Positions 9,921-18,509 of a stretch of DNA of 64,000 nt are shown piece after piece. The notes beneath the pieces are model-generated. The model searched no databases, had not been told where the DNA came from, and worked only from the letters and a program-made list of their open reading frames with translations. Where the stretch lies: contig JAXGOV010000010.1 in the NCBI GenBank assembly GCA_040767305.1, positions 7,808-71,807 of the forward strand. Reading direction: 5' to 3'. The stretch's first letter is position 1. Each line of letters opens with the position of its first letter. The translations under genes were made by a program, and so were the position numbers. This stretch comes from Candidatus Metalachnospira sp. (GTDB taxonomy: Bacteria > Bacillota > Clostridia > Lachnospirales > Anaerotignaceae).

Positions 9921-10646
9921 ATGAACTACGTTACCGATGACTATATAAATAATTACTTGAGAACCATTCAGCCGCACTATGACGGAGTTTTGGGCGATAT
10001 CGAAAAGGAATCCAGAGCGGCAAATGTTCCAGTAATTCCGCATGAAACAGCTAGACTTTTAAGCGTTCTTCTTACTATGAAGAAACCAAAGAACATACTG
10101 GAGGTAGGAACTGCTGTTGCTTTTTCATCAGGTCTTATGACAAGATACCTGCAAGAAGGCGGAACAGTTACAACGATTGACCGATATGAGCTATGCTAAA
10201 GGATGCACGAAAAAACATAGAAAGAATGGGACTGGAGGATAAAATTAATATTTCCGAGGGTGATGCAGGGAAAATTCTTCCTACGCTTACAGGTCCTTAT
10301 GATGTGATATTTCTTGATGCCGCAAAAGGCCGTATTCTTCTTCATTTCTTCCGCATTGCTTAAGACTTCTTCCTGTTGGAGGACTGCCGCTGGTTGATGA
10401 CGTGCTTCAAGGCGGAGACATAGCAAAGACAAGATTTTCGGTACCGAGAAGGCAGAGAACTATTCATAAGCGTCTTAGGAGCTTTTTATGGGATATTTCG
10501 CATACTGGATATTCTTGGAATCATCTATTGTGCCAATCGGTGATGGCCTTGCTGTTTGTGTTAAAGTAAAGGAAATATCCGATGAAATGCTTGAAAGCAT
10601 GTTAAACCCCCAAAACCCGATTGACGAGGAGAATGAAAATGAATGA
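9921..10646 (+). CDS. trmR: O-methyltransferase, YrrM/TrmR-like (frameshifted in this sequence)
   Basis: VPVI, ILEVGTAVAFS, YDVIFLDAAK and PIGDGLA motifs across frames; conserved mltG-yrrM-U32 order. Confidence 0.75.
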
Positions 10647-11880
10647 TTTAAAGAAACCCGAGCTTCTTGCACCTGCGGGCGATTTGGAAAAGCTTAAGAT
10701 TGCTGTTCTTTATGGTGCAGATGCAGTTTATATAGGCGGAGAAGCGTATGGATTAAGAGCAAAAGCAAAGAATTTTGACCTTAAAACCATGAAGGAGGGC
10801 ATAGATTTTGCCCATAAACATGGCGCTAAGGTATATATAACAGCTAATATATTTGCACATAATTCGGATTTTTATGGCATGGCTGATTATTTTAAGACCG
10901 TATATGAAATGGGTGCTGATGCGGTTCTCGTGTCAGATCCCGGAGTGTATTCCGTTCTTAAAGAAGCGGCGCCGAATTTGGAGCTTCACATATCAACACA
11001 GGCCAACAATACCAATTATAAAACAGCACAGTTTTGGTATAAGCTTGGTGCAAAAAGAATTGTAGGTGCAAGGGAGCTTTCACTTAAGGAAATAAAAGAA
11101 ATGCGTGAAAATATTCCAGAAGATATGGAAATTGAAACATTCGTGCATGGTGCAATGTGTATTTCTTATTCAGGAAGATGTCTTTTGAGCAATTACCTCA
11201 GCGGCAGAGATGCAAACAAAGGTGCTTGTTCACACCCGTGCAGATGGAAATATTATCTCATGGAGGAGACTAGACCGGGAGAATATATGCCTGTTGAGGA
11301 AAATGAAAGAGGAACATATATTTTCAACTCTAAGGACTTATGTATGCTTGGACATATCCCTGAGCTTGTAGATGCGGGTATTTCAAGCCTTAAAATAGAA
11401 GGCCGAATGAAAACACCTTATTATGTCGGAACGATTGTAAAGGCTTACAGACAGGCAATAGATGATTATTTTGACAATCCGGAGTATTATAAGAGCCGTA
11501 TTCAGTATTATATTGATGAAGTTTCAAAGGTGAGTCACAGAGATTTTACAACAGGTTTTTATTTCGGCAAACCGGGACATGATGACCAAGTATACACAAA
11601 CAATACCTATATTAGAGATTATGATTTTATCGGTATGGTAGTGGAGAATTGGGATGTGGAAAGCGGTTTGGCAACTGTTATGCAGAGAAACAAATTTGAG
11701 GTAGGAGATACAATTGAGGTTTTGCCTCAAAAGGGTGATTCTGCGGAAATGACAGTTACACAAATGTGGGATACTGATGGTGTTCCAATAATGTCTGCAC
11801 CTCATCCTGAGCAGATAATCAGACTTAAAACTGACATTCCTCTTAAAAAGTTTGATATGCTCAGAAAAGCTTCAAAGTAA
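10639..11880 (+). CDS. U32 family protein, tRNA hydroxylation TrhP/YrrO-like
   Basis: PELLAPAG, GADAVYIG, ETFVHGAMCISYSGRC, GACSHPCRW and SLKIEGRMK. Confidence 0.9.
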   Translation: MNDLKKPELLAPAGDLEKLKIAVLYGADAVYIGGEAYGLRAKAKNFDLKTMKEGIDFAHKHGAKVYITANIFAHNSDFYGMADYFKTVYEMGADAVLVSDPGVYSVLKEAAPNLELHISTQANNTNYKTAQFWYKLGAKRIVGARELSLKEIKEMRENIPEDMEIETFVHGAMCISYSGRCLLSNYLSGRDANKGACSHPCRWKYYLMEETRPGEYMPVEENERGTYIFNSKDLCMLGHIPELVDAGISSLKIEGRMKTPYYVGTIVKAYRQAIDDYFDNPEYYKSRIQYYIDEVSKVSHRDFTTGFYFGKPGHDDQVYTNNTYIRDYDFIGMVVENWDVESGLATVMQRNKFEVGDTIEVLPQKGDSAEMTVTQMWDTDGVPIMSAPHPEQIIRLKTDIPLKKFDMLRKASK

Positions 11881-11920
11881 ATTGATATACTAATGATAAG
11901 CGTAAACAGGGGGCTATAAT

Positions 11921-12739
11921 ATGGCTAAAATGGATAAGGTTTCAAGAAATTTAATGATAATAGGCTGTGCGGCGGCAGTTGTTGCTATAATTGCTGCGAG
12001 TCAGCTTGGAATTAGTCAGAAAAATTTGATTTCTGTAATTGCGGTTATTTGGGCACTTCTTGTTGTAATAAGAATGTATCTGATTAACGGCAAAAATAAG
12101 GAATATGGTAAAATGCTTGAGCATTTAAGCAAAATACTTACAGAAGAAAACAATCCTGAAAGATACATTGAGATGTGCAACAACTATATCAATAAGGTTA
12201 ACGACGATAAGTTCAAAGCCATGCTCAAGGTTAACTCAGCAGCCGGATATGCTTCATTAGGCAGATATGATGAGGCTGCCGAAGTCTTAAAAGCCGTTGA
12301 TGTTTCATATCTTGCTGAAAGCCATAAAGCTATACTTTACAACAATCTTGCACAGTATGCATTTCTTACAGGCAGAGATGAAGAAGGTTTAAAATATGTT
12401 AATGACAACAGACAGCTTTTGCTTAAATATTTAAGAAATAAAAATGTGGCAGCAACGTTTATGATTACATTTGCATATGACTATTATTATCATGAAAATA
12501 AGCAGATTGCAAAAAAGTATGCACAGAATATAATTGATTTGATTAAAAAATCTTGCTCAACAACTCCTAATGATATTACAGTTCTTGCAAAATTAAAAGA
12601 ATTGCTTGCAAGAATTGAGGAGCTTCCTGAAGATAACGATGATGATGATGAGTTTGTTGATGCTGTAATTAATGAGGATATTACAACACAATTGGAGCAA
12701 GAGGCTGATTCCGATGATGATGTTGATACAGATGAATAA
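11921..12739 (+). CDS. Membrane-anchored TPR-like hypothetical protein with acidic tail
   Basis: Two N-terminal TM segments, TPR-like helices (YASLGRYDEA, YNNLAQ..GR..EG), D/E-rich C-terminus. Confidence 0.6.
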   Translation: MAKMDKVSRNLMIIGCAAAVVAIIAASQLGISQKNLISVIAVIWALLVVIRMYLINGKNKEYGKMLEHLSKILTEENNPERYIEMCNNYINKVNDDKFKAMLKVNSAAGYASLGRYDEAAEVLKAVDVSYLAESHKAILYNNLAQYAFLTGRDEEGLKYVNDNRQLLLKYLRNKNVAATFMITFAYDYYYHENKQIAKKYAQNIIDLIKKSCSTTPNDITVLAKLKELLARIEELPEDNDDDDEFVDAVINEDITTQLEQEADSDDDVDTDE

Positions 12740-12759
12740 ATCTTAAATATAATTTTTTT

Positions 12760-12792
12760 GACGGTGAGTTTTATAATACTTGCCGTTTTTAT
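12760..12792 (+). terminator. Intrinsic terminator
   Basis: GACGGTGAGT / ACTTGCCGTT stem (with GU pairs) followed by T run. Confidence 0.6.
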
Positions 12793-12843
12793 TTTATTTA
12801 ACAAATTTTATTATATAAAATAAAAAATAAAATTCATCATAGT

Positions 12844-12872
12844 GAATATATGAAAATTAATTGAGCACAATA
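12844..12872 (+). promoter_or_regulatory. Candidate forespore SigG-type promoter
   Basis: GAATA-N17-CACAATA upstream of the DUF1540 ORF, close to the SigG consensus GHATR-N17/18-CAHWHTA. Confidence 0.4.
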
Positions 12873-12903
12873 ACTATGCAATACAAATAGGAGGTGAATA
12901 TAA

Positions 12904-13059
12904 ATGAATAATTCAGGTGTAAGATGTGATGTCACAGAATGCATGCATAATGAAAATAACTGTGATTGCAAACTTCATACTATTGAAGTAACAAAACAGT
13001 CTATGGGTGTTAATGCTGTTGACACACCCCATTTCTGCAAAAGCTACACTAAAAAGTAA
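12904..13059 (+). CDS. DUF1540 family cysteine-rich small protein, 51 aa (missing from the ORF track)
   Basis: Strong RBS AGGAGGTG; MNNSGVRCDVTECMHNENNCDCKLHTIEVTKQSMGVNAVDTPHFCKSYTKK fits C-x-V-xx-C-xx-N...C...I-x-V...C-x-S-Y. Confidence 0.8.
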   Translation: MNNSGVRCDVTECMHNENNCDCKLHTIEVTKQSMGVNAVDTPHFCKSYTKK

Positions 13060-13157
13060 TTTAAGCTGACTCACAAAAGCTGATTACAAAATGGTGCCGC
13101 CGGGCACACTTATAGCACTTTTATTTTGTATTGAATATACAAATAGTTAAGCCAAAT

Positions 13158-13189
13158 AAGTCCGTCTGTATACTACAGACGGACTTTTT
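13158..13189 (+). terminator. Intrinsic terminator
   Basis: AAGTCCGTCTGTA / TACAGACGGACTT perfect stem plus T run. Confidence 0.85.
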
Positions 13190-13203
13190 CCGTTATATAA
13201 GGT

Positions 13204-13237
13204 AAAAATCCCCCGATTATATATAATTGGGGGATTT
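13204..13237 (-). terminator. Intrinsic terminator of the perR-like gene
   Basis: AAATCCCCC / GGGGGATTT stem with U run on the minus strand. Confidence 0.75.
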
Positions 13238-13261
13238 GAAGTACCGGTTTTTTTCCTGCAC

Positions 13262-13687
13262 TCATTTCTTCTTTTTACATTCATCACAAATTCCATAAAA
13301 GAAAAGCTGTTCTTTATCTATGCCGTAATTTGTATATGCATTAATTTTATTAACTAGTGCATTCATTTCATCTGAAATGTCAAAGTCAACATCCGTAACG
13401 GAATGGCATTCCTTGCAAATAAGGTGAGGATGAAAAGCTGTGTTAAAATCATAATGAAGACTTTCGCCGTCAATGCTTAGAACTTGAATAAGCTCAGCCT
13501 CGTTAAAAGAATCAAGAGTCTTGTAAACGGTAGCCAGACTCATTGTAGGATTGGTAGATTCCAGTGTTTTATAAATTACTTCAGCAGTAGGATGAGACTT
13601 CGTGTTCATCAGCATTTTTAATATGGCAATACGCTGAGGCGTAACTTTTAAACTTTTGGAGCGCAGTAAATCAGTAGTTCTGACCAT
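13262..13687 (-). CDS. perR: Fur family regulator, PerR-like
   Basis: TPQR, HPTAE, SLATVYK, YD...HPHLICKEC...D (Asp at the PerR D104-equivalent position) and C-terminal CDEC; RBS AGGAG. Confidence 0.75.
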   Translation of the reverse strand: MVRTTDLLRSKSLKVTPQRIAILKMLMNTKSHPTAEVIYKTLESTNPTMSLATVYKTLDSFNEAELIQVLSIDGESLHYDFNTAFHPHLICKECHSVTDVDFDISDEMNALVNKINAYTNYGIDKEQLFFYGICDECKKKK

Positions 13688-13711
13688 ATTATCAACTCCT
13701 TTTATCATTTA

Positions 13712-13756
13712 AGAATTATTCTCCTTAATAATAAAGTATATTGGTGCTTTAGTCAA
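13712..13756 (-). promoter_or_regulatory. SigA promoter of perR with an overlapping Per-box-like palindrome
   Basis: TTGACT(13756-13751)-N17-TATTAT(13733-13728); AGAATTATTCT palindrome at 13712-13722 near the predicted +1. Confidence 0.55.
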
Positions 13757-13832
13757 TATTATTTTAAAAATTATGGCTTTTATAATTAAATTGTAGTAAA
13801 ATATTTAAAGATTTTATTTTGGAGGATAAAAA

Positions 13833-14320
13833 ATGAACATAATTTTACATGAGCCTGAGATACCGCAGAATACAGGAAATATATCAAGAACATGTGCCGT
13901 AACACATTCAGCACTTCATTTGATAAAACCTCTCGGGTTTTCGGTGGATGATAAATATCTTAAGCGTTCGGGACTTGATTATTGGCAGTATTTAGATGTC
14001 AGATATTATGAAGATTTTGAGGATTTTACAGCTAAAAATCCGAATGCAAAAATATTTATGGCAACTACAAAAGCTAAAAAAATTTATACTGATGTAAAAT
14101 ACGGAGAAAATGACTTTATTATGTTTGGCAAGAGAGTGCCGGAATACCTGAAGAAATTTTGCTTAATTATAAGGATACGAGCATAAGAATACCAATGTAT
14201 AGCGATTTAAGAAGTCTAAATCTTTCAAATTCGGTTGCAATAATACTTTATGAAGCATTAAGACAGCAGAATTTTAAAGGAATGACAACTGAGGGACAGC
14301 TGCACAAATATAGGTGGTAA
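13833..14320 (+). CDS. trmL: tRNA (cytidine/uridine-34 2'-O)-methyltransferase TrmL (one indel near 14130)
   Basis: PEIPQNTGNI, KRSGLDYW; continues in a shifted frame as ESAGIPEE...IRIPM..LRSLNLSNSVAI.LYEALRQ to TAA 14320. Confidence 0.88.
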
Positions 14321-14350
14321 AAGCCAAAAATATTGGAAGGAGATGTTGTT

Positions 14351-15775
14351 TTGGGATTGAGCGAAATATTATCAGTTCTTATATTAATAGGCATTATAAT
14401 TGATATTGTAATCAGCCTGAACAATAAAACAAATCCAAATACGGATATGAAAGAAATAAAAAATGAGCTTATATCAGAAATACGTGAATCACGAAAAGAA
14501 ACCGTTGATATGGTTCAGAATTCAATTACTATGTTGTCTAATACATTAATCAATACTCTGAACAAATCTGCAGAAGTTCAAAATGAAAGAACAAAGGAAA
14601 ATTTTACTGCTTTAAATACTACAGTCAAAGAAACCAACTCAATGATTAAAGAGTCTCAGGAGAAGCAGTTTGAGCTTCAGGATAAAAGACTTGATGAAAT
14701 ATCAAAACGCCTTGATGAAAAACAGGATAGTATGCTTAAAGTAGTGTCCGAGCGTATGCAGCAGGTAGATAAAAGCTTTATTATGTTTACCGAACAAAAT
14801 AAAGAATCTTTGGATGGCATTAGAACAACCGTTAAGGACAGACTTGAAGCAATACAGGCAGACAATACAAAACAGCTTGATAAGATGCGTGAAACAGTAG
14901 ATGAAAAATTGCAGAAAACGCTTAACGAACGTATTTCTCAGTCTTTTAAAATGGTTAATGACAGACTGCAGGAGGTCTATACAGGTCTTGGTGAAATGAA
15001 AACCCTTGCAAGCGGTGTTGGTGATTTGAAAAAAGTTCTTTCAAACGTAAAGACAAGGGGAATCATGGGTGAACTCCAGCTAGGTGCAATTATAGAAGAG
15101 ATTTTATCAAAAGAGCAGTATGAGGAAAATATCATCACAAAAAAATCAACTCAGAATCGTGTTGAATATGCAATAAAGCTGCCCGGCGACGGTGACAGCT
15201 GCGTTTATCTTCCGATAGATGCAAAATTCCCGGCTGATGCTTATTATCAGCTTGTTGATGCATATGATAAAGGTGATGCAAATGCAATATCAGCCTGCGG
15301 TTCCGTATTTGAGACTAGAATAAAGAGCTTTGCAAAGGATATTCACGATAAATATATTGATCCGCCGGGAACGACTGATTTCGCAATAATGTTTTTGCCC
15401 ATTGAGAGCTTATATGCCGAGGTGGTAAGAAGGGGACTGGTTGATGATTTGCAAAGGCAGTATAAGATAAATGTTGCAGGTCCAACAACGTTTGCGGCAT
15501 TATTAAACAGTCTGCAAATGGGCTTCCGTACCCTTGCAATACAAAAGAGGTCAAGTGAGGTTTGGAATGTACTCGGAGCAGTTAAAACAGAATTTGCAAC
15601 ATTTGAAACCGTTCTTGCAAATGCTCAAAAGAAAATTGAACAAACTGGAGCTGAGCTTGATAAATTGGTTGGTGTGAGAACAAGACAGATTAACCGTAAG
15701 CTGAGAAATGTAGCGGAAATTTCGTTTGATGATGCAAAAGATGTCCTTGAAGCGTCTGAGAGTGAAGAAGAATAA
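14351..15775 (+). CDS. rmuC: DNA recombination protein RmuC
   Basis: N-terminal TM, coiled coil, NVKTRG.MGE.QL, LPIDAKFP, FAIMFLP.E.LY and GPTT. Confidence 0.92.
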   Translation: MGLSEILSVLILIGIIIDIVISLNNKTNPNTDMKEIKNELISEIRESRKETVDMVQNSITMLSNTLINTLNKSAEVQNERTKENFTALNTTVKETNSMIKESQEKQFELQDKRLDEISKRLDEKQDSMLKVVSERMQQVDKSFIMFTEQNKESLDGIRTTVKDRLEAIQADNTKQLDKMRETVDEKLQKTLNERISQSFKMVNDRLQEVYTGLGEMKTLASGVGDLKKVLSNVKTRGIMGELQLGAIIEEILSKEQYEENIITKKSTQNRVEYAIKLPGDGDSCVYLPIDAKFPADAYYQLVDAYDKGDANAISACGSVFETRIKSFAKDIHDKYIDPPGTTDFAIMFLPIESLYAEVVRRGLVDDLQRQYKINVAGPTTFAALLNSLQMGFRTLAIQKRSSEVWNVLGAVKTEFATFETVLANAQKKIEQTGAELDKLVGVRTRQINRKLRNVAEISFDDAKDVLEASESEEE

Positions 15776-15792
15776 CACTATACATAATTTAT

Positions 15793-15873
15793 AGGATTAC
15801 TGAAAATATATTTCAGTAGTCCTTATTTTTTTATAAACATAAAAAAGACGATAACCAAATAGTTACCGTCTTT
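15793..15873. terminator. Back-to-back terminators for rmuC (+) and rpsT (-)
   Basis: AGGATTACTGAAA/TTTCAGTAGTCCT + T run; AAAGACGATAAC/GTTACCGTCTTT preceded by an A run. Confidence 0.75.
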
Positions 15874-15931
15874 AACCCTAGGCAAATTGCCCTTAATCTT
15901 AAGTACTTAAATTTTTATAAACAGGGTAAAA

Positions 15932-16192
15932 TTACATTGCGTTGTAAAGTCTCTGAATTGTTGATTTTCTTCTTGAAGCAGCATTTTTGTGGAAAATTCC
16001 CTTTACATATGCTCTGTCAATAGCAGCAATTGCTTCTTTACATGCAACTTCTGCAGCTGCCTTATCACCTGCTGTGATAGCTGCATTAGCTTTTTTAACA
16101 GCTGTCTTTGTAGCTGATTTAATCATTTTATTTCTTAATGTTTTTTTAGAAATAACCTTAATTCTCTTTTTTGCTGATTTAATGTTAGCCAA
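15932..16192 (-). CDS. rpsT: 30S ribosomal protein S20
   Basis: MANIKSAKKR...KGIFHKNAASRRKS; TTG start with RBS AGGAGG. Confidence 0.97.
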   Translation of the reverse strand: MANIKSAKKRIKVISKKTLRNKMIKSATKTAVKKANAAITAGDKAAAEVACKEAIAAIDRAYVKGIFHKNAASRRKSTIQRLYNAM

Positions 16193-16231
16193 CTTTAGTT
16201 CCTCCTAATAAGCTTATATAGTTTACGATTC

Positions 16232-16309
16232 TGATATTTGGGGAATATCACTTATATTGACCGCTAAACAGCACCACGGCCGAGTGTGCTGACTTAGGGT
16301 TGCGGCCAA
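16232..16309 (-). ncRNA. Candidate structured 5' leader of rpsT
   Basis: GC-rich multi-segment hairpin 16257-16309 and a second hairpin 16232-16250 between the promoter and RBS. Confidence 0.55.
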
Positions 16310-16322
16310 ATTAACAGCTAAT

Positions 16323-16351
16323 ATTGTAACCCAATTGTAATTATAAGTCAA
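16323..16351 (-). promoter_or_regulatory. SigA promoter of rpsT
   Basis: TTGACT(16351-16346)-N17-TACAAT(16328-16323). Confidence 0.7.
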
Positions 16352-16481
16352 TGTATATCTACAAATTTTAGCGGAAAAATATAATAAAAGTTTATTTAAT
16401 CTAATTATATTAAAATAAAGATTGTCTTTCAAGGGTTTTAACAAAATTTTGTAAAATTGAATAGGCAAAACAGGAGGAAAT

Positions 16482-17462
16482 ATGAGAGAAAAGAAAACGT
16501 ACAGTATAAGAACAGACCTTGCTATGGAGGCTTGTGAGCTTCTGAACAGGGAAATAACAGAAGATGAAGGAATAAAGACCGAAACAAAGAATTATACGGA
16601 TATAGAAGTAACTCGTGTTGAAATAACAAACAAAAAGGGAAGTCAGACAGTAGGCAAGCCAATCGGAAAATATGTAACTGTGTCCTCTAATAAAATGAAG
16701 GGCAATGATGCTGAATTTAGGCAGGAAATTATAAAAAAGACAGCAGAAGTGCTTTCTGAGCTTATAGACAGCGATAAACATAAAAACATTCTTATTGCAG
16801 GTCTTGGAAACCGCTACATTACACCTGATGCATTGGGACCTAAAGTAATATCCAAAATACTTGTTACAAGGCATATCAAAAATACTCTTCCGGAAAATAT
16901 AGATGAAAATGTAGCATCGGTTGCTGCAATTGCACCCGGTGTCATGGGCATAACAGGAATTGAAACCGGAGAAATCCTTCTTGGCATAGTCGAAAAAATT
17001 AAGCCGGATATGCTTATTGCCATAGATGCATTGGCAGCAAGAAAGTTCAGCAGAATAAATTCGGTTATACAGATAGCCGACAGCGGAATAAGTCCGGGTT
17101 CAGGTGTCGGAAACAAAAGAATGACACTTGACGAACACAGCATAGGTATACCTGTAATAGCAATAGGGGTGCCTACGGTTGTTGATGCGGCTACTCTTGT
17201 CAATGATACAATGGACAGAATTTTAGCCGAAATGTCTGCTGCAACAAAGGATAAGGCCTTTTATGACATGCTTCAAAATATTGAGGGTGAAGAAAGATAC
17301 TCACTCATTACAGAGATCCTTGATCCATACGCAGAAAACATGTTTGTGACTCCCAAAGAAGTTGATGAGGTTATAGAGCATTTGGCAGAGATTATTTCAA
17401 ATGCTATAAATATTGCTGTTCATCCGGCACTAAGTGTCGAGGATATTAACAAATATGTCTGA
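16482..17462 (+). CDS. gpr: Spore germination protease GPR
   Basis: IRTDLA.E, GLGN..ITPDALGP, PGVMG.TGIET, AIDALAAR and GVPTVVDA; conserved divergent position to rpsT. Confidence 0.95.
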   Translation: MREKKTYSIRTDLAMEACELLNREITEDEGIKTETKNYTDIEVTRVEITNKKGSQTVGKPIGKYVTVSSNKMKGNDAEFRQEIIKKTAEVLSELIDSDKHKNILIAGLGNRYITPDALGPKVISKILVTRHIKNTLPENIDENVASVAAIAPGVMGITGIETGEILLGIVEKIKPDMLIAIDALAARKFSRINSVIQIADSGISPGSGVGNKRMTLDEHSIGIPVIAIGVPTVVDAATLVNDTMDRILAEMSAATKDKAFYDMLQNIEGEERYSLITEILDPYAENMFVTPKEVDEVIEHLAEIISNAINIAVHPALSVEDINKYV

Positions 17463-17573
17463 AATTGAACTGCATAGGTCAAATTTTAGCAACATTATCT
17501 TGCATTAATATATATTATAAAATATAATAAATAACGTATGTCAAATGACAAATTAAAAAGGGTGAAGAAAAAA

Positions 17574-18470
17574 ATGAAAAATTTAAAAAAAATATCTGCC
17601 TTGGTTGCTTCTGCTGTTATGTTGGATTCAGCTGTCGGCTGTTCAACTAATGATACAGTATCGCAAATTATTTCAAAAACATCCGAGCTTGGTTCATACT
17701 CGGGAACAGTTGATTTGGAAGCGGAAGTAAACACACAGGATAAAAGTATGAAATACGGTATGGTGAGTGATATTTCTGCTCAGACCGATCCGTTTTTTGC
17801 CGAAGTGAATATTATTACTAAATCTGACGACGCAAATGTCGGCGGAGAGTATAGTTCTAAAATATATCTTACAACTGATAATGGAGTTAATACTGCATAT
17901 GCCGGATATAACGATGAATGGTACAAGCAGATAATCCCGTCGGATAACTTTAAATATGCCGTGTCACAATATAATCCTGCCGATAACGCAGTATTATTTA
18001 TGCAGTCGGCAACTAGTCTGACAAATGTAGGAACTGAAGAGTTTCACGGATATACAACAGACAAATATACAGGAACAATAGCAAAGGGACTTGTTCCTGA
18101 TTTAATGGAAACAACAGGTGCTATTTCACTCGTTGGGCAGAACATAGATGCTTCATACTATGAAAATGCCGAGGATTTGTCGGTTACTTTTTGGGTTAAT
18201 GCTGTGGACGGAATAATAGTTGGATATAGTTTGGATTTAACTGATACGGTTAATCATTTGTTTGATAAGCTTCAAGAAAGCAGTACAACTGATGACAGCC
18301 AAAAATTATCTGCTGTTTCTTATACATGTGATGCTGTTATAACGGATTATAACAATGAAATTAATACAACATTACCGGATGCAGCATTGAATGCCACATT
18401 GGTTGCCAATGATTCTGCAAACAGCGGTACAGATAGCGGTGCTGACAGCGGGGAAAGCTCAGCCAGCTGA
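17574..18470 (+). CDS. Putative lipoprotein (DUF6612/LppX-like beta-rich fold possible)
   Basis: Signal peptide ending AVGC; acidic, beta-strand-like body; family assignment is tentative. Confidence 0.55.
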   Translation: MKNLKKISALVASAVMLDSAVGCSTNDTVSQIISKTSELGSYSGTVDLEAEVNTQDKSMKYGMVSDISAQTDPFFAEVNIITKSDDANVGGEYSSKIYLTTDNGVNTAYAGYNDEWYKQIIPSDNFKYAVSQYNPADNAVLFMQSATSLTNVGTEEFHGYTTDKYTGTIAKGLVPDLMETTGAISLVGQNIDASYYENAEDLSVTFWVNAVDGIIVGYSLDLTDTVNHLFDKLQESSTTDDSQKLSAVSYTCDAVITDYNNEINTTLPDAALNATLVANDSANSGTDSGADSGESSAS

Positions 18471-18509
18471 TAATTTAATGAAAATATACAAACTTATGGG
18501 AGAAAAAAT

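Noticed and set aside
8160-10650. Stop-codon recoding or alternative genetic code explaining the broken genes
   Set aside because: The breaks are frame changes rather than in-frame stops, and TGA, TAG and TAA all end intact genes normally elsewhere
13091-13110. Minus-strand CCCGGCGGCACCA resembling a tRNA 3' end or att remnant
   Set aside because: No T-loop (GTTCRA), no cloverleaf and no integrase nearby
16223-16874. Minus-strand ORFs across the rpsT-gpr region
   Set aside because: No RBS or family motifs; they overlap the rpsT promoter/leader and lie antisense to gpr
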